Shown: piece after piece, positions 49,983 to 59,267 of the stretch
Layout of the letters: the number at the start of each line of letters is the position of its first letter
How positions within the stretch are numbered: position 1 is the stretch's first letter
NCBI GenBank assembly: GCA_963737655.1
Contig: CAVTTN010000002.1
Coordinates: 2,400,001-2,464,000 of the forward strand
Source: an uncultured Planctomycetota bacterium
Lineage (GTDB): Bacteria > Planctomycetota > Planctomycetia > Isosphaerales > Isosphaeraceae
Direction: 5' to 3'
DNA length: 64,000 nucleotides
Made by a program: the position numbers and the translations under genes
Notes under the pieces: model-generated
Database searches by the model: none
Seen by the model: the letters and a program-made list of their open reading frames with translations, nothing else
What the model was told of the DNA's origin: nothing

Positions 49983-50974
49983 CGCCCGGACCCCCGGAGC
50001 TCGGCCCAGAGATGCGGGATCAGCCCCAGGACGATCCCCGAGCCCAGGCCGACGACGTGCGCCGCGTTGGCGATCGGCCCGATCGCCCCGGTCATGCAGA
50101 AGAACAACCAGGCGACCATGTAGAGGATCGTATTGCTCGGCAATTTCATGTCGGCTTCGGGGTCGTAGTCGCTCTTCATCCACACGTAGCCGAAGAGGGC
50201 ATAAACCACGCCCGACATCCCGCCGAAAGCCACGATCCGCCACTCGTCCCGGCCCCGGGTTTCCCAGAGGAACTCGCCGAAGTTCGACGCGACGGCCGAG
50301 ATCAGGACGATCGCGAGCATGGCCCATCGCCCCTTCCTCAGCTCGATCAGGCTCCCGAGCCGGTAGAGCATGATCATGTTGAAGACCAGGTGGGGGATGC
50401 CGAAATGGAGGAAGATCGGCGAGACCAGCCGCCAGAGCTGCCCACGGCGGATCGCGTCCAGGCCGGAAGACGTCCAGACCGGCCTCGGCACGACCCTCTC
50501 CACGACGGCGCCATCGATCTCCACCGGGACGGTCGGGCCCTCGGCGAGTTCCAGGTGATAGTCGGCGAAGAGGAAGGGGCGGCAGGCGCGGTCGTCGGAC
50601 CCGAACCCGGTGAGCACCGCGGCGGCGATCGAGACGAAGATCAGCCCATAGGTGACCGGGCATCGGACGGCCGACGGCACGTTCAATCGCCCGCTGAGGT
50701 TGATCGTCTTGCGGCGGTGCTCGCGCTCTCGCTTCGCGGCTTCCTTGCGGAGGGCCTCGGCAGTCCGGGCCGCCCCCTGGTACCTGGGGTCGTCGGGGTC
50801 GGCGAGGAACGCGGAGGTCTCGGCCTGGGCCTCGGGCACCTTCTCCTCGCGGTGGACCCAGACCGCGACCCCCTGCGGGCCCGGGATCATCTTGGTGGCG
50901 ATGTCGCGGGTCAGGAGGTAGTCGGCCAGGGCCTTCGCCAGCGCCTCGTCGGGGATCGTGGCAACCAGTCTCAT
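49979..50974 (-). CDS. Rhomboid intramembrane serine protease (GlpG-like, with N-terminal soluble domain)
   Basis: GQLWRLVSPIFLHFG..HLVFN, GGMSGVVY and ANAAHVVGL. Confidence 0.95.
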   Translation of the reverse strand: MRLVATIPDEALAKALADYLLTRDIATKMIPGPQGVAVWVHREEKVPEAQAETSAFLADPDDPRYQGAARTAEALRKEAAKREREHRRKTINLSGRLNVPSAVRCPVTYGLIFVSIAAAVLTGFGSDDRACRPFLFADYHLELAEGPTVPVEIDGAVVERVVPRPVWTSSGLDAIRRGQLWRLVSPIFLHFGIPHLVFNMIMLYRLGSLIELRKGRWAMLAIVLISAVASNFGEFLWETRGRDEWRIVAFGGMSGVVYALFGYVWMKSDYDPEADMKLPSNTILYMVAWLFFCMTGAIGPIANAAHVVGLGSGIVLGLIPHLWAELRGSGR

Positions 50975-50991
50975 GCGCTCGGGGCCTCGAA

Positions 50992-51579
50992 TCAGGAGAC
51001 AGGTTCGGGGGCAGTCTCGCCGAAGAAATCGGCCAGGGGAAGGGCGAATCCGAGGACCACGTCGCCGCCATCGAGCGAGTCGGCCCGGGTCAGGACGCGG
51101 ACCGAGGTCGGCGACGAATACACGTAAACCTGCTCGGCGACCGGGAAGATCGCCCAGACGAGGCGGGCCCCCGCGACCAGGTACTCGCGGACCTTGGCCA
51201 GGACGTCTTCCGCCGAGTTCCCCTCGCTGATGACCTCGATCGCCAGATCGGCAGCGAACGGGAACGCGGCCCGCCTGGGCCCCCGGGGGCCGATCGGCCA
51301 TTTCTCGGCCGAGACGAACGCGAGGTCCGGGCGCCTCCGCAGCTTGCGGACCGGGTCGAGCGTGAACAGGGCCTCGGAGACGACGATTCCGAGCCGATGC
51401 CCCCGGGTGAACGATCCGAGGATTTCCAGCAAGAACGACGCAAGACACACCTCATCCGCGCCCATCCCCGGGATCTCCACGATCTTGCCATCGACGACCT
51501 CGTAGAGGACGTCCCCGGCCGGCGGGGCTTCCTCCTCGTCGAGCGTCGCCGGGATCGGCGCTTCGGTCACCGTCGCCAT
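50992..51579 (-). CDS. Uma2-family putative endonuclease (copy A)
   Basis: YEVVDG, RRRPDLAFVS, DLAIEVIS and KVREYL.AG.RLVW. Confidence 0.93.
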   Translation of the reverse strand: MATVTEAPIPATLDEEEAPPAGDVLYEVVDGKIVEIPGMGADEVCLASFLLEILGSFTRGHRLGIVVSEALFTLDPVRKLRRRPDLAFVSAEKWPIGPRGPRRAAFPFAADLAIEVISEGNSAEDVLAKVREYLVAGARLVWAIFPVAEQVYVYSSPTSVRVLTRADSLDGGDVVLGFALPLADFFGETAPEPVS

Positions 51580-52283
51580 GAGTCGCCTCCTCGCCTCGCC
51601 AGGGGTTCATTCCGCCTCGCCCGCCTCGTCGTCGCCGACCGGCTCGCCGAAGAAATCGGCCAGCGGTAGGGCGAAGCCGGGGAGGATGTCACCGGCGTCC
51701 AGGATGTCCTCTCGGGTCAGGACATGGACCGAAGTCGGTGAAGAATAGGCATAGACCAGCTCGAGCCCGGGCACGACCAACCAGACGAGTCGGACGCCCG
51801 CGGCGAAATATTCCCGGACCTTGGCCAGGTCGTCCCTCGTGCGGTTGGTCTCGCTGATGACCTCGACGGCCAGGTCGGGGACGACGGCCCAGGCCGCCCG
51901 GTTCTTCGGGAGCCGGCGCGTCACGGGCCACCTCGCCGCCGTCACGAAGGCGACGTCCGGGCGACGGCGGAGCCCCGAGGCGGCATCCAGGAGGAAGAGC
52001 ATCTCGACCTCGACCTTGCCGAGCCGTCCGGGGCGGGCCACGGCCACCATCGCATGAGCCAGCTCGTTCGCCAGGTCGGTCTCGTCCGCGCCCATCTCCG
52101 GGACCTCCACGATCTGGCCATCGACGACCTCGTAGAGGACGTCCCCGGCCGGCGGGGCTTCCTCCTCGTCGAGCGTCGCCGGGATCGGCGCTTCGGTCAC
52201 CGTCGCCATGAGTCGCCTCCTCGCCTCGCCAGGGGTTCATTCCGCCTCGCCCGCCTCGTCGTCGCCGACCGGCTCGCCGAAGA
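51487..52283. repeat. 167-bp identical direct repeat, 630-bp period (51487-51653 = 52117-52283)
   Basis: Read base by base. Spans the 3' end of one Uma2 gene, the intergenic spacer and the 5' end of the next. Confidence 0.9.
51607..52209 (-). CDS. Uma2-family putative endonuclease (copy B)
   Basis: YEVVDG, RRRPDVAFV, PDLAVEVIS and KVREYFAAGVRLVW. Confidence 0.93.
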   Translation of the reverse strand: MATVTEAPIPATLDEEEAPPAGDVLYEVVDGQIVEVPEMGADETDLANELAHAMVAVARPGRLGKVEVEMLFLLDAASGLRRRPDVAFVTAARWPVTRRLPKNRAAWAVVPDLAVEVISETNRTRDDLAKVREYFAAGVRLVWLVVPGLELVYAYSSPTSVHVLTREDILDAGDILPGFALPLADFFGEPVGDDEAGEAE

Positions 52284-52836
52284 GCTCGGCTAAAGCCAGG
52301 GCGAATCCGGGGACCACGTCGCCGCCATCGAGCGAGTCGGCCCGGGTCAGGACGCGGACCGAGGTCGGCGACGAATACACGTAAACCTGCTCGGCGACCG
52401 GGAAGATCGCCCAGACGAGGCGGGCCCCCGCGACCAGGTACTCGCGGACCTTGGCCAGGACGTCTTCCGCCGAGTTCCCCTCGCTGATGACCTCGATCGC
52501 CAGATCGGGAGCGAACGGGAACGCGGCCCGCCTGGGCCCCCGGGGGCCGATCGGCCATTTCTCGGCCGAGACGAACGCGAGGTCCGGGCGCCTCCGCAGC
52601 TTGCGGACCGGGTCGAGCGTGAACAGGGCCTCGCTGTAAACGAGACCAATCCCATGATCGAGGGCGAAGCTACCCATTCGGATACACAGGAACGTTCCAA
52701 TCGCTGATTCATCCGCGCCCATCCCCGGGACCTCCACGATCTGGCCATCGACGACCTCATAGAGGACGTCCCCGGCCGGCGGGGCTTCCTCCTCGTCGAG
52801 CGTCGCCGGGATCGGCGTTTCGGTCACCGTCGCCAT
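52237..52836 (-). CDS. Uma2-family putative endonuclease (copy C)
   Basis: Start MATVTET with GGAGG RBS. Same motifs as copy A. Confidence 0.93.
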   Translation of the reverse strand: MATVTETPIPATLDEEEAPPAGDVLYEVVDGQIVEVPGMGADESAIGTFLCIRMGSFALDHGIGLVYSEALFTLDPVRKLRRRPDLAFVSAEKWPIGPRGPRRAAFPFAPDLAIEVISEGNSAEDVLAKVREYLVAGARLVWAIFPVAEQVYVYSSPTSVRVLTRADSLDGGDVVPGFALALAELFGEPVGDDEAGEAE

Positions 52837-52981
52837 CCGTCCGCCTCCTCCGATCGGGCCGGTTCGTGAACCTCCCGATTCTACCGCGCGAGCCGAGATC
52901 GTGTTAGGCTGACGGGCCTTGCGAGGGCCCGGCGAAGGACGCGGGCGGTGGGTGCGGTTCGTGCACCGAATGAGGCGATCC

Positions 52982-53983
52982 ATGACTGAGCGACCGATCA
53001 TCCTTTCGTTGACGGCCATGCAGGAAATCGGCCTGGCGAAGCTCCGCGAGGCGGGGGAGCTTCGGATGGCCTCGTCCCTGGAGCCGGAGGTGCTGTATCG
53101 CGAGATCGCCGACGCCGACGCCCTGGTCATCCGCACCGCCGGGACGATCGATGGCGCCTTGATGGACCATGCGCCGAGGCTCCGGGTGATCGGCCGTCAC
53201 GGGGTCGGTTACGACCAGGTGGACGTCCCCGCCGCGACGGCTCGGGGGATTCAGGTCGTGTACACGCCGGGGGCGAACACCGAGGCCGTCTGCCAGCACG
53301 CGATCGCCTTCCTGATCGGCCTCTCGAAGCACTTCCCCCAGCAGATGGCCAAGCTCCCGGCGGGCAAGTACAACGAGCGGACGAAGCACGTGGGCCGGGA
53401 CCTCACCGGCCGGACCCTCGGCATCGTCGGCTTCGGCCGGATCGGCCGGAGGGTCGGCGAGGTCGCGTTCCGGGCGTTCGGGATGAAGGTGCTGTACACC
53501 GACATCCTCGCCGCCCCGGGCGAAATCGAGGCGAAGGCCGGGGCCCGCCGGGTCCCTCTGGAGGAATTGCTCCGAGAGTCGGAATACGTGACGCTCCACG
53601 TCCCCCTGGACGACTCAACCCGGAGGATGATCGACGCCAGGGCCCTGGCGACGATGAGGCCCGACGCGATCCTGATCAACACCTGCCGGGGGCCGGTCGT
53701 GGACGAAACGGCGGTCGCCGCGGCCCTCGACGCGAAGAAGCTCTGGGGGTATGGCGCCGACGTGTTCGACATCGAGCCCCCGCCGCCCGATCACCCCCTG
53801 ATCGGCCGCCCCGACGTGATGCTCACCCCTCACAGCGCCGCCCAGACGATCGAAAGCCTCACCAACATGGCAAGGGAAGTCGCCGAGGACGTCGTCGGGG
53901 TCCTCCAGGGCCGTCCGCCGATCAACCCGGTGAACGACCCGGTCGAGGTCGCGGCCCATCGCAGGCAAACCTCGGGTGGATGA
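52982..53983 (+). CDS. D-2-hydroxyacid dehydrogenase (SerA-like)
   Basis: RHGVGYD, GIVGFGRIG, LHVPL, INTCRG, DVF..EP and TPHSA. Confidence 0.93.
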   Translation: MTERPIILSLTAMQEIGLAKLREAGELRMASSLEPEVLYREIADADALVIRTAGTIDGALMDHAPRLRVIGRHGVGYDQVDVPAATARGIQVVYTPGANTEAVCQHAIAFLIGLSKHFPQQMAKLPAGKYNERTKHVGRDLTGRTLGIVGFGRIGRRVGEVAFRAFGMKVLYTDILAAPGEIEAKAGARRVPLEELLRESEYVTLHVPLDDSTRRMIDARALATMRPDAILINTCRGPVVDETAVAAALDAKKLWGYGADVFDIEPPPPDHPLIGRPDVMLTPHSAAQTIESLTNMAREVAEDVVGVLQGRPPINPVNDPVEVAAHRRQTSGG

Positions 53984-53991
53984 ATGACCGT

Positions 53992-54131
53992 GTAGGGTGC
54001 ATGAAATGCACCAATCCCCCGATGCGGGCGAGGCCCGCAACCTTCTCCTCTTCCCATCGATGACCGACGGAAGAGAGGACGGTTGCGGGCCTCGCCCGCG
54101 TCGGGGGATTGGTGCATTTCATGCACCCTAC
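53992..54131. repeat. REP doublet / long hairpin (about 51-bp arms, 1 mismatch)
   Basis: GTAGGGTGCATGAAATGCACCAATCCCCCGA(T/C)GCGGGCGAGGCCCGCAACC and its reverse complement, between convergent genes. Confidence 0.9.
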
Positions 54132-54868
54132 TTGAGATATTTATCCAGGAATGCCAGCGCCCGCTTGCCGGAGTCCTCGCCGAGGGGGCCGTGCCCCTTG
54201 CCTTCGTAGATCTTGACCTCGTGGTCGATCTTGTGCTTTTCCAGGAGGGCCTTGAGCTTCTCCGCCTCCTTCACCGGGACGACCACGTCGGCGTCTCCGT
54301 GGAGGACCAGGGTCGGCGGGAGCTTGCCGGCCTTCTCGACGAGGCTCTCGGGCAGGCCGCCGAAGTATTCGACGACGACCTTGATCCTCGGGTCGATCGT
54401 GGCGTTGGACAGCGCCAGGTACGCCCCGAGCGAGAAGCCGACGAAGCCGATCTTCTCCGGGTTCACGTCGGGCCGCTTCGAGGCGAAATCGACCGTGTCA
54501 TTGATCGTCTCCATCCAGGGCACGAACTCGTCCTTCATGGCCTTCGGGTCGGCCGTCTTGCGATCGGTGCGGTCGAAGTAGTGGGGGACGAGGGCGACGT
54601 ATCCCTGCTTCGCCAGCTCTCGGGCGGTCACTCGGAAGGCCAGGCCCCCGCCGATCAGCTCCATCCCTCCAGACCCGTGGAGGACGAGCACCGCCGGATG
54701 CTTCCCCTCCTCGCCCTTCGGCGCGAAGACCTCCACGGCGATCTTCTTGCCGTGGCTCTCGAACGTCTCGTTCGTCTCCCGGACCTCGCCCCCGAACGAG
54801 GCCGGGGCGGTCGTCAATCCGATCAGGATCAGGGCGAGGGGGATCATCATCCGTAATGTCAATGTCAT
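54128..54868 (-). CDS. Dienelactone hydrolase-family secreted alpha/beta hydrolase
   Basis: LHGSGG, GFSLG, LHGDADVVVP and YEGKGHG, with a signal peptide. Confidence 0.9.
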   Translation of the reverse strand: MTLTLRMMIPLALILIGLTTAPASFGGEVRETNETFESHGKKIAVEVFAPKGEEGKHPAVLVLHGSGGMELIGGGLAFRVTARELAKQGYVALVPHYFDRTDRKTADPKAMKDEFVPWMETINDTVDFASKRPDVNPEKIGFVGFSLGAYLALSNATIDPRIKVVVEYFGGLPESLVEKAGKLPPTLVLHGDADVVVPVKEAEKLKALLEKHKIDHEVKIYEGKGHGPLGEDSGKRALAFLDKYLK

Positions 54869-54966
54869 GGCCGGTGTCCGCGATCCTCGGGGGATTCCGG
54901 GCAGGTCTGGCGACGCGGAGGAGAATCCTCGCGGACCCCCGGCCCGGTTTCAAGCCCGAACCCGCG

Positions 54967-55641
54967 TCATTTCTCGGATTTCGCGGCGGCCTTGACCGGG
55001 ACTTGCACTTCCCAGAGCCGCCGGGCCACCGGGGTCATGGGGCCGTGGTAGCCGATCCGCCGAGGGGCGCCGTCGGCGACCCACTCCGCCTTGTGCGCCT
55101 CCAGCCACTTGCGGAGGGTGGCGAGGCCGTCGCGCATCTCCCGGTCGTTCATCCCGCCCTGGACGCCCAGGCAGACGAATTTTTGCTCGGGGTGATCGAC
55201 GACCTCGACCATCGCCCCGTCCTTGCCCGCCTTGCCGATCGAGGGCTCTCGGTAGACGAACTCCATCGAGACTTCCCCCTTCGCCCCCGGGGTCTCGATC
55301 ACGGCCGGGGTCGGGAACGTGCTGATGACCGGGGCGGTCATCTCCACATGGTTCTTCTCGATGTGATTGAACAGGGGCCAGAACAGCATGTCGCCGGAGC
55401 CCATCGTGGCCTTTTCGACCTTCGCCACGGCGCCTCGATAGGCGGGATAGGTCTTGACCTCGATCTCGCCCGGTTTGGTCGCGGCGGGGAAGTCCTTCGC
55501 GAGCGGGGCATCGCCGTCGGCCGGCTTGGGCTCGACCTTCGCGGGACCGGCCGGCGGCTTGGGCTCATCGGCCCGGGCCGGAGCGGCCATCCCCATCAGA
55601 ACCACCATCACGGCGAGAGACCGAAGGCGGGACCGCGGCAT
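54967..55641 (-). CDS. SOUL heme-binding-family protein
   Basis: Signal peptide; IEVKTYPAYR, FWPLFNHI, EMTAPV and MEFVY. Confidence 0.8.
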   Translation of the reverse strand: MPRSRLRSLAVMVVLMGMAAPARADEPKPPAGPAKVEPKPADGDAPLAKDFPAATKPGEIEVKTYPAYRGAVAKVEKATMGSGDMLFWPLFNHIEKNHVEMTAPVISTFPTPAVIETPGAKGEVSMEFVYREPSIGKAGKDGAMVEVVDHPEQKFVCLGVQGGMNDREMRDGLATLRKWLEAHKAEWVADGAPRRIGYHGPMTPVARRLWEVQVPVKAAAKSEK

Positions 55642-56072
55642 CGGAGGGTCTCCTCAAGCCCCGGGGACGGGCCCCGGGTGGGACGTCGGCGGGATTCCCC
55701 AATGGAGACGACTTAGGCGGCGAACGCCGATCGTCAAGGGGCCCCGGGCCACCGACCCCAGAGCCCTCTTTTTTCCCAATCCGCGAGGGTCTGCCAGGAC
55801 GTTGTCACTGGTAGGGCATAGGGTCCCCTCGGATCGCCGGGATACGGGGCCGGGGGCTAGGCGATGGAGCCCGCCCGGCCCCGTCCCGGCGGTCCGACCG
55901 GAGACCAGCCGGTCGGCACTGGTTGGGAAGAGCCACCGAAGAGATCGGACCACCCGCAGATCGCCGGGCAACCGCCCCGATGGGCCGGACCGCGCCGGGA
56001 CTGGCGGCCGGGCCCTCGGCCGAGACGCTTCGGGACCCGCGCCACCCCCGGTTCTCAATGAGGAGACGCCCC

Positions 56073-56411
56073 ATGAGCCTGAATACCGCCGCCCCCGCCC
56101 CCGCCGCGATGGCCCCCATCGACCCCGCCTCTCGAGATTGGTCGGATCGTCGCGCCTCGGCCCAGGCCCTCCGGGCCGCCCAGGCCCGCCACGCCAGCGG
56201 CCGTCGCCGGTTCGTCGATCCGGCCACGTGCGAGCGCGACTACTCGGCCGCCGAGATGGAGTTCATGCAGGCCATGCAGGACTACAAGGCCAGCAGCGGC
56301 CGGATGTTCCCCACGTGGAGCGAGGTCCTCGAAGTCCTCCTGGACCTCGGCTACGAGAAGCCGTTCGAGTCCCGGCTGGAAGGCGAAGCCCCCCGAGTCG
56401 CCGCGGGGTGA
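56073..56411 (+). CDS. Small planctomycete-type conserved protein (DPATCERDY...[11 protein letters not shown])
   Basis: AGGAG RBS before ATG 56073. Motif recognised from other planctomycetes; function unknown. Confidence 0.8.
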   Translation: MSLNTAAPAPAAMAPIDPASRDWSDRRASAQALRAAQARHASGRRRFVDPATCERDYSAAEMEFMQAMQDYKASSGRMFPTWSEVLEVLLDLGYEKPFESRLEGEAPRVAAG

Positions 56412-56432
56412 GGCCGGGATCACCAATCGCCT

Positions 56433-56465
56433 CAACGTAGGGTGGGCGAATTCCGCCCTACGTTG
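56433..56465. repeat. GTAG-containing hairpin between convergent genes (possible bidirectional terminator)
   Basis: CAACGTAGGGTGG / CCGCCCTACGTTG stem. Includes the TAG stop of the MFS gene. Confidence 0.7.
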
Positions 56466-57714
56466 GGGAATCGCCGATCCCGCCGCCCTCGACCTTCGGC
56501 ACGATCAGCCAGCAGGCCGCCGTCGTCGCCGCGCCGAGGGCCACCAGCGCCGAGAATGCCGGCCGTTGTCCCCACTGGTCCGACGCCCAGCCGTAGAACC
56601 GACCGCCCAGCCAGCCCGAGCCGGTCGTGGCGAGGTTCTCGATCGACATCAACAGGGCGAAGGCCGTCCCGGCCGCTTCGGGCGGGCAGCTCCGCGCCGC
56701 CAGGTCGAGCTGGATCAACGTGGCGGTCATGTACGTCAGGCCGACGGCGATCGTGATGGCGATCGCCGAGGCCCGGTTCTCGGTCAGGAGCGCGTAACAG
56801 GCCGTCGAGACGACCCCGAGCACGATCGAAAACCGGACCATCCTCGCCATCGGCACCGACCGAGCCAGAAAACCGTAAGCGATGCTCGCCGCCACGCACG
56901 CCGCGGCGAGGATCGTGACGGTCTGCCCGTAGAACGACTGGGACAGGCCCAGGGCCCCGGTCATGTGGAGGTGCAGCACCCCCTGAGAAAACGGGTTGAA
57001 GTTCCACAGGAACAGGAACGCGGCCACCCGCTGGAGGCCCGGGGTCCTCGCGGCCCCCACCAGCGTCCTCCAGGCCGCCCGGCCGGTCCGGGGCGACGAC
57101 GGCTCCTCCCTCACGAACGCCACGGCCAGGACGAGCGTGAGGAGCGACAGTCCCCCGCAGATCGCGAACCCGAGGCGCTCGACCTTGTTCTCCGAGAGCC
57201 ACCCGCCGACGATCCCCACGGCCATCGTCGCCGCCCAAAGGCAGCCCCACTGGACGCTCTGGAGAGTCCCGGTGATCCCCCGAGGGCGGCCCGCCTCGAT
57301 CATCAGGGCGTCGGCCACCACGTCGGCAAACGCGATCGCCGCCGTCGGCACCACCAGGCAGCACAACAAGGCCGCCTCGCCCCCCCGGCCGATCGGCAGG
57401 ACCCCCGCCGCGAGGAGTCCGATCGCCGATGCGGCGGAGGTGAGGATCAGGTAGGAGCGCCTCCGCGACCCGAACAACGGGACGGCGTCGGTCAGGAGCC
57501 CGAACAGCGGCTTCAGCGACCACGGGATGGCCACGATCGCCGCGAAGTCCGTGACCTGCGCGTCGGAGCGGCCCCAGGACTTCAGCAGAGACCGCACCGG
57601 CTGGGCCACCAGCCCTTCGGTCGGCTCGCCCACGCCCTGGACGAAGTAGATCGCGCCGAAGAGGAGGCCCAGGCCGACCACCTCCCGGCTCGGCGCGTTG
57701 CGGATGGGCCTCAT
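56458..57714 (-). CDS. MFS transporter, BT1/folate-biopterin-like
   Basis: YFVQG, IPWSLKPLFGLLTD.VP..G.RRRSY, DVVADALMIE and CP....GT.FALLMSI.N. Start position uncertain. Confidence 0.88.
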   Translation of the reverse strand: MRPIRNAPSREVVGLGLLFGAIYFVQGVGEPTEGLVAQPVRSLLKSWGRSDAQVTDFAAIVAIPWSLKPLFGLLTDAVPLFGSRRRSYLILTSAASAIGLLAAGVLPIGRGGEAALLCCLVVPTAAIAFADVVADALMIEAGRPRGITGTLQSVQWGCLWAATMAVGIVGGWLSENKVERLGFAICGGLSLLTLVLAVAFVREEPSSPRTGRAAWRTLVGAARTPGLQRVAAFLFLWNFNPFSQGVLHLHMTGALGLSQSFYGQTVTILAAACVAASIAYGFLARSVPMARMVRFSIVLGVVSTACYALLTENRASAIAITIAVGLTYMTATLIQLDLAARSCPPEAAGTAFALLMSIENLATTGSGWLGGRFYGWASDQWGQRPAFSALVALGAATTAACWLIVPKVEGGGIGDSPT

Positions 57715-57906
57715 CGCCGGGGCGTCCCGTAGAAGGGAGTCACGGCCGGACCGACCGGGCGTAGGGGACGCTGAAGACATATCGGACACTCCTTCGGAAG
57801 CGCCTCCCCCGGCGTCTCCCCGGGAGATCGCGTCGGGGCGCCGATCGTGGCGTCCGGCCCTGTCCACCATCCGTCGCGACTGGCGATTCTACCCCGGAGG
57901 GACGCG

Positions 57907-58739
57907 ATGCTCGACCCGAGCGATCGCCGCCGAGCCGATCGATATCAGCTATTACGGGCCCCCGGGGCCCCGCCAACCTGGCAACTCCGGGGCGCCCCGG
58001 ACCGCTCGCCGTTCTTCCTTCGAGAGAGCCCCCTCCGGGCGCCGAGACCGCCAGGTCCCCGGCCCCCGAGGCCTCGCCGTTCGGCCTCCACCCCGACTCC
58101 ACGGCCGCCCGCCTGCTCCGCAACCGGCCCGACCCCCTGGCCGCGCTCCTCGCCCAGTACCTCCAGGCCGAGGACGAACCCGAAGAGGAAGACGAGGAAG
58201 ACGATTCGGCCCTGTCGGTCTGCCGGACCGCCCTGTTCGACCGCTCGAAGCGGGAATCGGACCCCGACCGCTACATGGACCCGGCCGACATGCCGTTCCT
58301 GACCCTCTCCACCCGCCGGACGTTCCGCCGGACCGGCGTGACCCTCGGCGATTACGCCGTGGTCCTCGCCCCCCGGACCGGCCGTCTCTGCCTGGCCGTC
58401 GTCGGCGACTCCTCCGACCTGCCGAGCATCCAGCCCTCTCCGTTCATCGCCGAGGCCCTCGGCACCAGGGAAGCCCCCGATCGCCTGATCTACCTGGTCT
58501 TCCCCGGCTCCGGCCTGGGGCAGGGGACGATTCCGACCCTCGAACAGATCCAACGGCGAGGCGCCCGGCTCTTCAACCGAGGGGTCGTCCCCTCCTTCGG
58601 CCCCGACGCCGCCCCGAGGAGCGACGCCGCGATGGCCCCCCACTGGAACCTGATCCTCGCCGACGCCTTCGGAGAGGTCCTCAAGACCGCCGCCCCCGTC
58701 GATCGGACCCTCCGAATCGCGAGGTTGGCCCCGGCCTGA
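57907..58739 (+). pseudogene. GH75 (chitosanase)-like protein, degenerate; frameshift near 58015-58045
   Basis: GGAGG RBS and ATG 57907. The frame of ORF 58275..58739 extends upstream as ...VCRTALFD...DPDRYMDPADMPFL...LGDYAVV...AVVGD...IYLVFPGSG, resembling bacterial GH75-like proteins. Confidence 0.5.
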
Positions 58740-58775
58740 CGCGAGCGGGGCGGGGTCGCGCTCCGAACAATCCGG

Positions 58776-59258
58776 CTATAAAGGCTCGACTCGCCGGAGC
58801 CATCGTCTCCAGCGCGGAACCCAATCTCGCGGATCGTCGCGGAACCCCGACTTCTCCAAACGGCGGAGCTCGGCGAAGCTCTCCCCGAGCGGGCCTTTCA
58901 ACTTTCCCCAGGCCATCGCGAACGCCGGCTTCTTGAAGTTCGACCGCATCCCCTGGCACCAGTTCCGCCAGGTCGTTCGGGAGACGCGCCCGGCCATCCT
59001 CAAGAAGGCCTGTTCGTTCGAGAGGTCCAGATAGCGAAAGATGATCGAGGTCGTCTCCTTCTCCTGGTCCTCGGCGAGGGCCCCGTTCAAGAGCGCCTCG
59101 ACCGGCAGGGCACGCATCAGGTCACGATATTCCCGGGAGAGTTCATCCTCGAAATCGGTCCGGGATTGCTGGGCTGACTGGCGGAGCTGCCAGGCGGCCA
59201 CGAGGACGGCCACTGCCGTCCCGATCGACCCGATCGCGGACCAGTCGATCATGCTCAT
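58776..59258 (-). CDS. Hypothetical protein with an N-terminal membrane anchor
   Basis: 160 aa; WSAIGSIGTAVAVLVAAWQL TM followed by a helical domain (RYLDLSNEQ.FL). Confidence 0.7.
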   Translation of the reverse strand: MSMIDWSAIGSIGTAVAVLVAAWQLRQSAQQSRTDFEDELSREYRDLMRALPVEALLNGALAEDQEKETTSIIFRYLDLSNEQAFLRMAGRVSRTTWRNWCQGMRSNFKKPAFAMAWGKLKGPLGESFAELRRLEKSGFRDDPRDWVPRWRRWLRRVEPL

Positions 59259-59267
59259 GGTCCCCTC

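Noticed and set aside
50992..52836. Diversity-generating retroelement or CRISPR interpretation of the Uma2 repeats
   Set aside because: Differences are not adenine-specific, there is no reverse transcriptase or cas gene, and the repeats are coding.
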